A DNA stretch of 7,463 nt from Bacteroides phage BX788P2. The DNA is taken from the sequence record OP172751.1. The stretch is one strand, 5' to 3'. Below the pieces are notes generated by a model. It worked only from the letters and a program-made list of their open reading frames with translations, did no database searches and had not been told where the DNA came from. This document shows positions 1 through 6,643 of the stretch, one piece after another. The position numbers and the translations under genes are program-made. How positions within the stretch are numbered: the first letter of the stretch is position 1; every line of letters starts with the position of its first letter.

Positions 1-426
1 ACCCAATTAGTTAGGCAGATACGCGACGAGATAGTAGCTAACTACTATCGCATGAGGCTTAACGCTTCGGGTCGCTTCGATAGAGAAACAGAGGTGGTAG
101 AGTATGCAGGCGGCGTGAAGATAGAAAGCCCGGCATACATCTATCAGATGGAAGACGGGAGGGCGGCTGGTAGCTTCCCACCCGTTTCTGCCATCAAGCA
201 ATGGATTAAAGACAAGAACGCGAACGCCGGCACCGACATACCCGAAGAAGCGGCATACGCGATAGCATACGTTATCAAGCGCGATGGTATTCGCGTACCG
301 AACGAGCACAACGAAGGAGGCGTAGCAAGTAAGATACTAACCCCCGAGATGGTGCAGCGTATCACAGTAGAGGTGTCCCGGATAGTAAGGGCGGAGATAT
401 TAACCATTTTAACTAAAAAACAATGA
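1..426 (+). CDS. 5'-partial CDS; putative head-tail joining or tail-completion protein (HK97 gp10-like), function tentative
   Basis: Frame 1 has no stop from base 1 (acc caa tta gtt agg cag ata cgc gac gag ata gta gct aac tac tat cgc ATG...). The ATG at 52 in the ORF track is therefore probably internal, and the gene probably starts left of the window. The TGA stop at 424-426 overlaps the next start as ATGA. The segment NASGRF...VEYAGGVKIESPAYIYQMEDGR...PPVSAIKQWIKDK resembles the 'tG-l--S ... YA-yvE-G' core of HK97 gp10-type neck proteins, from recollection only. It is co-oriented and translationally coupled with the downstream structural genes. Confidence 0.6.
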   Translation, partial: TQLVRQIRDEIVANYYRMRLNASGRFDRETEVVEYAGGVKIESPAYIYQMEDGRAAGSFPPVSAIKQWIKDKNANAGTDIPEEAAYAIAYVIKRDGIRVPNEHNEGGVASKILTPEMVQRITVEVSRIVRAEILTILTKKQ

Positions 427-1442
427 TTATAAGAAACCTATTAAACAACGAGACAGCAACAGCGGCTGGGACTATGGCTATTAACGGCATAGGCGCAGGT
501 CTCTATAACCCTATACGACTCGAGCAGGTCGGTTCAGTTACCAGTATAGCCCTTATTTTTGCACGTAATGGGGCTACAAAGGCAACCGCCGTAGTTACCC
601 CATACGAGGGCGCTGTATTGGACTTGTCGATGATGGCAGCAGCCACGCCGAGCATAACAGAGAGCATTAACGCGGGTCTCGGCTTTACCGACTTCGTCGA
701 TAACGTTCAGATACAATACATGGAGGGCGCATTGAAGTCTATCACGATACGCGTTATACACGCCCCGGCGGCATACGCACAGTTTGCATCAACGGCGAGC
801 ACGCGCAACCTATCGGACTATGGCAACGGACTGTTTAACCAATTGGACTTTAGTTGTGCTTCGTTTCTCAACAGCCCTTTAACGGGTACACCGTTTAACT
901 TTGCCTTGCGATACGGGCAACTCACGGCGAACTCGGACGGTAGACTACGGGTTAGAAACGCCGGTACGGGTATATCCGGGACGTGGGCAAATACCAGCAT
1001 ATCAGACGTAGCAAACCAGCCCAATAGAGAGTTTAGAACCGCAAACGACGCGGCTACCTGGGGGTGGACACGTTTTGAACGTAAATACCCGTATTGCCCC
1101 GACCCCAATAAACGGGTAACGCTTCGATGGCTTAACAGCAAAGGGGCTTATGATACGATGTACTTTGACCAATATCGCATTGTGCCTACTTACCTGGTTA
1201 ACTTCTCGGGTGGCAACCGCGTGTTGTCCTACGACGTTACGATAAACGTAGTAGTAACGGACGATAACCAAAACGCGTTGTACTGGCTTTCACGTTCGGG
1301 CGAGGTTGCCGGGATATTCCCTTTGGCTACAAACCAGTGGGCACGCGTTACGATACAGAACCCGAACGCGCTGAACATACAAGGCGGCGCAACGGGACGG
1401 GTAGCGGCGTTTAAATGCAAGTTTGAAATTATAGAACCTTAA
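423..1442 (+). CDS. Hypothetical virion structural protein, 339 aa, beta-rich (candidate tail tube, distal tail or other tail component)
   Basis: Uninterrupted 339-codon ORF. Its ATG overlaps the upstream stop (ATGA at 423-426), and its stop lies 4 nt before the next start. The composition is rich in G, T, N, S and aromatic residues with no long helices or hydrophobic segments, as is typical of beta-sandwich virion proteins. Its position inside a structural operon supports the call. I recognise no specific family. Confidence 0.75.
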   Translation: MIIRNLLNNETATAAGTMAINGIGAGLYNPIRLEQVGSVTSIALIFARNGATKATAVVTPYEGAVLDLSMMAAATPSITESINAGLGFTDFVDNVQIQYMEGALKSITIRVIHAPAAYAQFASTASTRNLSDYGNGLFNQLDFSCASFLNSPLTGTPFNFALRYGQLTANSDGRLRVRNAGTGISGTWANTSISDVANQPNREFRTANDAATWGWTRFERKYPYCPDPNKRVTLRWLNSKGAYDTMYFDQYRIVPTYLVNFSGGNRVLSYDVTINVVVTDDNQNALYWLSRSGEVAGIFPLATNQWARVTIQNPNALNIQGGATGRVAAFKCKFEIIEP

Positions 1443-1446
1443 CAAT

Positions 1447-3051
1447 ATGGATTTAACAATACGAATTAATGGCGAAGTGATAGACGGTGTAACCGCGAAC
1501 TCGGTGAAACTGACTATCAACAACCCGGACCCTTTGAAATTCACGGAGCAAACGGTTAGTTACTCCGGGACAATCAACATTCCCCGTTCAGAAGTGAATG
1601 ACCGTGTGTTCCGTTCCGAGCGTTTCCCGGGGGCGTTCATGAGGACATCCCCCTACCGTGCAGAGTTGTATTTCGGGGGCTTTAATATTCCATTCGGCAG
1701 CGGTTTGTTCCGTGTACGTGTAACGGCAGACGAAGACGGATATAGTCTTGAACTGATAGAAAACATATCAAAGCTTTCATCATTGCGCGCCCCGGTGGTG
1801 GCAATACCTAAACTCGAAACACCGGCATATCAGTTTTCGACGTATATAGACAGCCTTAATTACGCGTACCCGAACGACGTTACCATACCGACGATATATG
1901 CGGCAAACGGGTCAACGCCCGTGCTTATGTCCTACATTGCAGACCGGGTCACTAAAAAGGCAGGTGATTATAAGGACGCGGAAAGTCAGTTGGTTTTTAA
2001 AGGCGCGCACGACGGGCTGGACGGCTCGGTATATGCGGCTAATTACATGATAGCTGAAAACAACGAAGTAGCCACGTGTTTTACATACATGACTGGCTCC
2101 GAATTCAATTTAAAGTTTACGGACGATTCGTTTATAGTACTTCCGCCTTCCGCGCCTTCTACCGTTTATCTTAGAAGCAACGGCGGTACATTCGCTTTAC
2201 CCTTTCAGCGCGGTGCGGTAAGACCCGATGGCAACCACCCATATTACCCAGTAAACCCGGGTTCTACATCATGTTTGGTTACCCCGAGGTCTTCACGCGA
2301 TTTGAACTTCGGGTTTACTACCTCGGCTTCATCGGGGGTTTATTCGGGCACACCGATTACCACCGTACCGAACGCGGAAGCCTACTATATATCGTTCAAG
2401 ATTGATTCGGTTACCGTTCCTACCTATGCATGGGACTTGGTGGAAACAATGGGTATCGATACGCCTTTCGGGATTGTGCAGGCATTTTGCAAAGCGTTTT
2501 GCTGGACGTATGAATTTAAGTCAAGCCCGTTTTCGTTGACACTCAAACCGTTTATCAACCCGTCTACGAGTTCTACGTACCGGGTCGACTGGACGGGGAA
2601 AATAGACCAATCAAGTATAAAGGTTGCAGAAACCGCGGGCGCTGCAAGAACATACGCAGTGCAGGTAGGCTCACTTAAACAGACGGTAGGCGGTTATGGT
2701 GGTGCCATATCTACGCAGGAGACGGTAGGTGAGAGCGCGTTCCCGGTAAACCCAGGTGCACAAAGACCGTACGCCTCTATGATTAGGTTGGCAGGCTCGT
2801 ACGTACCCGATAACTATTTCAACCGTGCGAGCGGCTATCGCACTACAATAGCGGGGCATTACTACCGTTTTTCCCCCGGATGGCAGGTTACGTCTAAAAT
2901 GAACCTATCATATTTTGATATACAGAAAATGAAGTCCGACGCGCTTTATTTCGTAGGTGAGCTTAACTACTGGTTTTACCTCCGAACGATAAGCAATTGG
3001 GACCCATCAACAGGAAATGCGAACGTTACGTTAATCGCAGTTAAAAATTAA
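1447..3051 (+). CDS. Hypothetical large virion structural protein, 534 aa (candidate tail-tip, baseplate or receptor-binding component)
   Basis: 534-codon ORF, 4 nt after the previous stop and 11 nt before the tape measure start. It is beta-rich and rich in Y, P, S, T and G, with no coiled coil or TM segments. The N-terminal ~110 aa (MDLTIRINGEVIDGV...YSLELIEN) and the aromatic C-terminus (LNYWFYLRTISNWDPSTGNANVTLIAVKN) look like phage tail-tip domains. No family is recognised with confidence. Confidence 0.75.
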   Translation: MDLTIRINGEVIDGVTANSVKLTINNPDPLKFTEQTVSYSGTINIPRSEVNDRVFRSERFPGAFMRTSPYRAELYFGGFNIPFGSGLFRVRVTADEDGYSLELIENISKLSSLRAPVVAIPKLETPAYQFSTYIDSLNYAYPNDVTIPTIYAANGSTPVLMSYIADRVTKKAGDYKDAESQLVFKGAHDGLDGSVYAANYMIAENNEVATCFTYMTGSEFNLKFTDDSFIVLPPSAPSTVYLRSNGGTFALPFQRGAVRPDGNHPYYPVNPGSTSCLVTPRSSRDLNFGFTTSASSGVYSGTPITTVPNAEAYYISFKIDSVTVPTYAWDLVETMGIDTPFGIVQAFCKAFCWTYEFKSSPFSLTLKPFINPSTSSTYRVDWTGKIDQSSIKVAETAGAARTYAVQVGSLKQTVGGYGGAISTQETVGESAFPVNPGAQRPYASMIRLAGSYVPDNYFNRASGYRTTIAGHYYRFSPGWQVTSKMNLSYFDIQKMKSDALYFVGELNYWFYLRTISNWDPSTGNANVTLIAVKN

Positions 3052-3062
3052 TAATTTGGATT

Positions 3063-5570
3063 ATGGCAACAGAAAAAGTTACTCTATTAGACCTTTCGTT
3101 TGATACGTCATCAGCTCTTGACGGGCTGGACGCTCTTATAGCAAAGTCCGTCGAACTGGCGGACACCAAGAGCCAACTAATGGCAGCACTTAAGGACGAG
3201 AAGAAGCAGTTGGACGAGGCAGGCAAGTCGTACAAGGCTGGGACAATCAGCCAAGACGATTATAAAAAGGCGGTAGGCGATGCGGCGAAAGCGCAAATCG
3301 AATTGAAAAAGCAGTTGTTGGACGTTAACGCGTCAATCTCCGACAACAACCGCGAGATAAAGACGAACACGACGCTCCTAAACAGTCAGGAGGACAGCGT
3401 AGACGCGCTCCGTGCGCAGCTTGCAAAGAACACCAAGGAACTAAACTCGATGAGCGCAGCGACGCGCAACAACACGGACGAGGGGCAGAAACTTGTCACC
3501 GAGACGAAGGAAATAAGCGACAAGCTTAAGGACATGGAAAAGGCCGTAGGCGATAACCGTAGGAACGTAGGTAACTATGCGGAAAGCATCCAGGAAGCCA
3601 TGAGCAGCACAAAGGGGCTCTCCGGGGCTACAGCGGCTATGGCTACCTCTCTATCCGGGGGCGTGAACATCCTAAAGGTGTTTAACGCTACGTTGAGAGC
3701 CAACCCAATATTAGCGGTAGTTTCCGTTATCCTTGTTCTTGTGTCCACTATCGAAAAGCTGATGAAACGCAATAGCGAGATGGCAGCAAATCTAAAGGCG
3801 GCATTCGCTCCGTTTGAGGTTATCTTCTCGCGCATACTGGACGGCGTTACCGAACTCCTTGGAGGTGTGGCAAAGGCATTCGAGTGGATAACGGAGAAGG
3901 TTGTCAACTTGCTTTCGTCTATCGGTCTTATTACCGAGGAGACCACAAAGGCAGCGAACGCAGCCAAAGCACTCACCAAGCAGGAGTTAGCGATATATGA
4001 GGCAGAAACAAACAACCTTGTAACGTTGTCAGCGATGCGTAGAGAACTGGAGGCGCAACGTACCATCGTAGGAGACCAGCTAAAGACCGCAGAAGAACGG
4101 AACATAGCAGCGCAAAAGGCTATCGCGATTTCCAAGCAGATGGAGAAAGCCGAGATAGACGTACTACAGCAGAAGTACAACCAAATCAAGGCACAAAACG
4201 AACTTAGCTACACCAGCAAGGAAGACAGACGCGCCGAGATGCAAGCACTGGCAGACCTGCAAGCACGGCAAGCCGATTACATAGGGCAACGTAAAGAACT
4301 GGAGAACCAAGCAAGCGGTATTGTAAAGACGCAGATAGCAGCCAATGCAGCAGCCTACAAGGCGGCAGAGAGCGCCAAAGCACAAGCCGCAATAAAGGCA
4401 GCGCAAGACGCGGAGAACCAAAAGCGCGCTTTGCAGGAAGCTACCATTAAGCAGATGGAAACAGCGTTAACGGCCCTTAACCTTTCAATGCAAGCTAAGG
4501 AATTGGAAAACGATACCATAGGAGCGAAGATAGAAAACGAAAAGACATATGTCGAGGAAAGTCTAAAGCTTGAAAAGTACAGATTAGAGCAGGGTCTCAT
4601 ATCAAAGCAGGAATACGCCAACAAGGAAGCCGAATTCAATTTGGGCATACAGCAGTTGGAGATGCAACGCCAAGAAGAGCAGGACGCATTAATGAGAGAA
4701 CGGGAAGCGACGGACGCGGCGAACCTTCATGAACTGAAGATGATGGAAGTAACCAACGAATTCGACATGCGGCAGATGCAACTTGACGCACAGTATGCGC
4801 AAGAGATGGCGGCAGCAGAGAAGATAGGCGCGGACACCGCGTTGATACAAGCCAAATACGAGAAGGCGAAGGAGGCGAACACGAGAGCACGCGTTAATGC
4901 AGAACTGACAATGACGGCAGGACTTGCAGGTCAAATGTCAACACTGTTAGGGGAGCAAAGCGCTATTGGTAAGGCGTTTGGCGTTGTTCAAGCGACAATA
5001 AATACTTACTTAGGTGCAACAAAAGCTCTTGCCACGGGTGGTATTCTCGGTATTGCACAAGCCGCGGTTGTTATCGCGTTCGGTATGAAACAAGTCGCTA
5101 CGATTGCGAAACAGAAAGACCCCGATACGAAAATTAACACTTCCGTTAAGAAGTATGCAAAGGGCGGTCAGATATACGGGCGTTCCCATGCACAGGGCGG
5201 CGTGACGTTCCGGGGCGATAACGGGCAGGTGTTCGAGGCTGAAGGCGGTGAAAACGTCTACATCATGAAGAAGACAGCGAGCGCCGAGATTAACGCGTTA
5301 TCTGCACTCAATGAAGCACACGGGGGCAACTCATTCGGTACGTCGGGGCTTTACAAGTTTGCCGATGGCGGTATGGTTGCGGGGCTTTCCGAAGCTAACC
5401 GGGTAGTTAAGCAGGCCGAAAGCATGAAACTATCAAACGAAAGTATTAACCAACTTGCCGGGGTGGTTATCGACGCAGTTATGAGCATGCCTAACCCGGT
5501 TGTATCAGTGCAGGACATCAACAACGGACAGAACGATGTTTCGGTAGTCCGGGGATTGGCAACATTTTAA
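3063..5570 (+). CDS. Tail tape measure protein (835 aa)
   Basis: The architecture is classic for a tape measure. An N-terminal coiled coil ends in GDNRRNVGNY. A hydrophobic core follows (aa ~185-290, including ILAVVSVILVLVSTI). A long A/Q/E/K-rich coiled coil spans aa ~300-615. A glycine-zipper-like hydrophobic block follows (GGILGIAQAAVVIAFGM). The Gly-rich C-terminal motif is YAKGGQIYGRSHAQGGV...EAEGGENVYIMKK...ALSALNEA, then FADGGMV. This resembles the conserved C-terminal 'aromatic-A-x-GG ... H-x-GE-x-V ... L--LN' segment of lambda-like and other tape measure proteins. At about 0.15 nm per residue, 835 aa predicts a tail of roughly 125 nm. Confidence 0.85.
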   Translation: MATEKVTLLDLSFDTSSALDGLDALIAKSVELADTKSQLMAALKDEKKQLDEAGKSYKAGTISQDDYKKAVGDAAKAQIELKKQLLDVNASISDNNREIKTNTTLLNSQEDSVDALRAQLAKNTKELNSMSAATRNNTDEGQKLVTETKEISDKLKDMEKAVGDNRRNVGNYAESIQEAMSSTKGLSGATAAMATSLSGGVNILKVFNATLRANPILAVVSVILVLVSTIEKLMKRNSEMAANLKAAFAPFEVIFSRILDGVTELLGGVAKAFEWITEKVVNLLSSIGLITEETTKAANAAKALTKQELAIYEAETNNLVTLSAMRRELEAQRTIVGDQLKTAEERNIAAQKAIAISKQMEKAEIDVLQQKYNQIKAQNELSYTSKEDRRAEMQALADLQARQADYIGQRKELENQASGIVKTQIAANAAAYKAAESAKAQAAIKAAQDAENQKRALQEATIKQMETALTALNLSMQAKELENDTIGAKIENEKTYVEESLKLEKYRLEQGLISKQEYANKEAEFNLGIQQLEMQRQEEQDALMREREATDAANLHELKMMEVTNEFDMRQMQLDAQYAQEMAAAEKIGADTALIQAKYEKAKEANTRARVNAELTMTAGLAGQMSTLLGEQSAIGKAFGVVQATINTYLGATKALATGGILGIAQAAVVIAFGMKQVATIAKQKDPDTKINTSVKKYAKGGQIYGRSHAQGGVTFRGDNGQVFEAEGGENVYIMKKTASAEINALSALNEAHGGNSFGTSGLYKFADGGMVAGLSEANRVVKQAESMKLSNESINQLAGVVIDAVMSMPNPVVSVQDINNGQNDVSVVRGLATF
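3708..3752 (+). other. Hydrophobic (putative membrane-inserting) segment 1 of the tape measure protein (aa 216-230, ILAVVSVILVLVSTI)
   Basis: Read directly from the translation. It is a 15-residue uncharged aliphatic run, preceded by RANP and followed by EKLMKR. Confidence 0.6.
5037..5087 (+). other. Hydrophobic glycine-zipper-like segment 2 of the tape measure protein (aa 659-675, GGILGIAQAAVVIAFGM)
   Basis: Read directly from the translation. The small-residue spacing (G/A every 3-4 residues) is typical of tape measure membrane-active segments. Confidence 0.6.
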
Positions 5571-5596
5571 ACCATTAACTCGTACAGAGATGGCAG

Positions 5597-5620
5597 TTTG
5601 CTATATACTGCCTATCTTTG
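5597..5620 (+). promoter_or_regulatory. Candidate Bacteroidota-type promoter (-7 element TATCTTTG at 5613-5620; possible -33 TTTG at 5597-5600)
   Basis: TATCTTTG matches the Bacteroides primary-sigma -7 consensus TAnnTTTG. By my manual scan it is the only + strand match in the window. It sits in the only intergenic gap longer than 20 nt, 26 nt upstream of the ATG at 5647. The gap to the upstream TTTG (12 nt) looks shorter than canonical, so only the -7 element is convincing. About two chance matches are expected in 7.4 kb, so the location is the argument, not the count. Confidence 0.3.
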
Positions 5621-5646
5621 CACGTGTTACAACAAAAGCAAATTAT

Positions 5647-6627
5647 ATGAAATTTAGAAAACTTAGAATTATCCAGGCCGGGGTTACTACCAACTTTGGA
5701 GTACATGAAGGCAAGGAATTTCCGTTAGTCATTACGGAGAATGCAGTTCAAAGCGTTGTAACGCTCGGCAACCTTAAACCTATCCATTGCAGGCGCACCC
5801 ATAACGGGGCGGATATGCTGGACGGTTATTTAGGAAAGTTCACTAACTTCGTCTACGAGGACGGTGTAGCCTACGCCGATTTGGAATTGTCCGAAGCCTT
5901 ACAAGCCGCCTACCCATCAGAGGCAAAATTCATCTCCGAGATGATAAAGAACGAACCCGACATGCTGGGCGTTTCGGTGGTAGGCATAAACAATCAGACA
6001 TTAAACGGTGATGTGCTGGACGTTACCGAATTTTTTGAGTTATACTCATGCGATTTGGTAGGTCTTCCAGCAGCCACCACAAGCTTATTTAATAATCAAA
6101 ACGAAAAGAAGATGAACAAATTTTTTAGTTCTTTCGCTTCTCTATTCAAGAAGTCGAGTTTTGCAACCGAGACGGTAGAAACCGTAGACGGTGCAAGTAT
6201 CACGATTGAGGCGGCAGGCGAAACAATGGCTATCGGCGACAAGGTTTTCGATAGCGAGGGCAACGCTCACCCGGACGGCAAAGTAGAAGTGCAGGTCGAG
6301 GACGGTGTGCTGGTTATCACCATTGCAAACGGAGTTATCGAAAGCGTGGAAGCCAAGGTAGAAGAAGAGGAAAAAGAAGAGAAAAAAGAAGAGACTGAAG
6401 TTGAAACCCTGACTACCGCTGATGTACCCGAAGAGTTTGCAAACCGTATGGCAGCTTTGGAAGCGTCGGTTACTGAACTTACCGCATCACTGGAAGCTAT
6501 GACGGCTCAATTTAGCAGAGCGACAGCAAAACCAGGTGTACCGCCGGTTAACATGCCAAAGAAGAAAGAAACACAATTATCAAGAGAGGCTGTGGCAGAA
6601 GCAGCTAAAAGATTTTACAACAAATAA
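5647..6627 (+). CDS. Capsid scaffolding serine protease (P2 gpO-like) with a C-terminal scaffold-like domain, 326 aa
   Basis: The N-terminal ~145 aa line up by eye with P2 gpO. FRKLRIIQAGV... matches FFRIGVEGD. KPIHCRRTH (His52, codon 5800-5802) matches gpO CRINLEH (His48). LGVSVVG (Ser110, codon 5974-5976) matches gpO YTSMEIQ (Ser107). YSCDLVGLPAATTS matches gpO YLVGLAVTDDPAS. The His-Ser spacing is 58 residues here and 59 in gpO. The C-terminal half has a DG-rich beta module, an acidic E/K linker and amphipathic helices (FANRMAALEASVTELTASLEAMTAQF), as expected for a scaffold. I prefer the start at 5647 over the track's 5590. The 19-codon extension (MAVCYILPIFARVTTKANY) would cover the promoter-like motif, and the ATG at 5647 has an A-rich leader (acaacaaaagcaaattat). 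Confidence 0.8.
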   Translation: MKFRKLRIIQAGVTTNFGVHEGKEFPLVITENAVQSVVTLGNLKPIHCRRTHNGADMLDGYLGKFTNFVYEDGVAYADLELSEALQAAYPSEAKFISEMIKNEPDMLGVSVVGINNQTLNGDVLDVTEFFELYSCDLVGLPAATTSLFNNQNEKKMNKFFSSFASLFKKSSFATETVETVDGASITIEAAGETMAIGDKVFDSEGNAHPDGKVEVQVEDGVLVITIANGVIESVEAKVEEEEKEEKKEETEVETLTTADVPEEFANRMAALEASVTELTASLEAMTAQFSRATAKPGVPPVNMPKKKETQLSREAVAEAAKRFYNK

Positions 6628-6643
6628 TTAAAAACAAAAGATT

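Noticed and set aside
7-1544. Minus-strand ORFs overlapping the first two genes and the 5' end of the third (7..309, 144..407, 534..761, 818..1141, 1002..1271, 1229..1420, 1290..1544)
   Set aside because: They are short, mutually overlapping and compositionally odd (rich in Cys, Arg and Val). Each lies inside a longer, tightly coupled + strand gene, so they are shadow ORFs.
2850-3051. Possible diversity-generating retroelement variable region at the C-terminus of the 534-aa protein (aromatic and Asn-rich tail)
   Set aside because: I found no template-repeat copy of this segment elsewhere in the window. There is no reverse transcriptase or accessory gene, and no adenine-specific mismatch pattern can be assessed. 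Nothing in the sequence supports it.
3575-4934. Minus-strand ORFs inside the tape measure gene (204 aa at 3575..4189, plus 4164..4421, 4204..4392, 4355..4648, 4636..4890 and 4689..4934)
   Set aside because: The + strand here is made of GCA, GAA, AAG and CAG-type codons for an A/E/K/Q coiled coil. Their complements rarely give stops, so long antisense ORFs arise automatically. The products are low-complexity S/A/F/C/L-rich strings. They overlap each other in several frames and would interrupt an otherwise uniform + strand operon.
5592-5612. Hairpin GGCAG-(11 nt)-CTGCC after the tape measure stop, as a possible intrinsic terminator
   Set aside because: It has only a 5-bp stem, a large loop and no proper U-tract (it is followed by TATCTTTG), so it is too weak to call a terminator. 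I mention it only as context for the junction finding.
5590-5646. The 19-codon N-terminal extension (MAVCYILPIFARVTTKANY) given for the protease ORF in the track
   Set aside because: It would run through the only promoter-like motif and the weak hairpin. It adds a hydrophobic peptide with no counterpart in gpO-type proteases. The alignment with gpO begins right at the Met encoded at 5647, which has the same A-rich leader as the other genes. I cannot fully exclude 5590 without experimental data.
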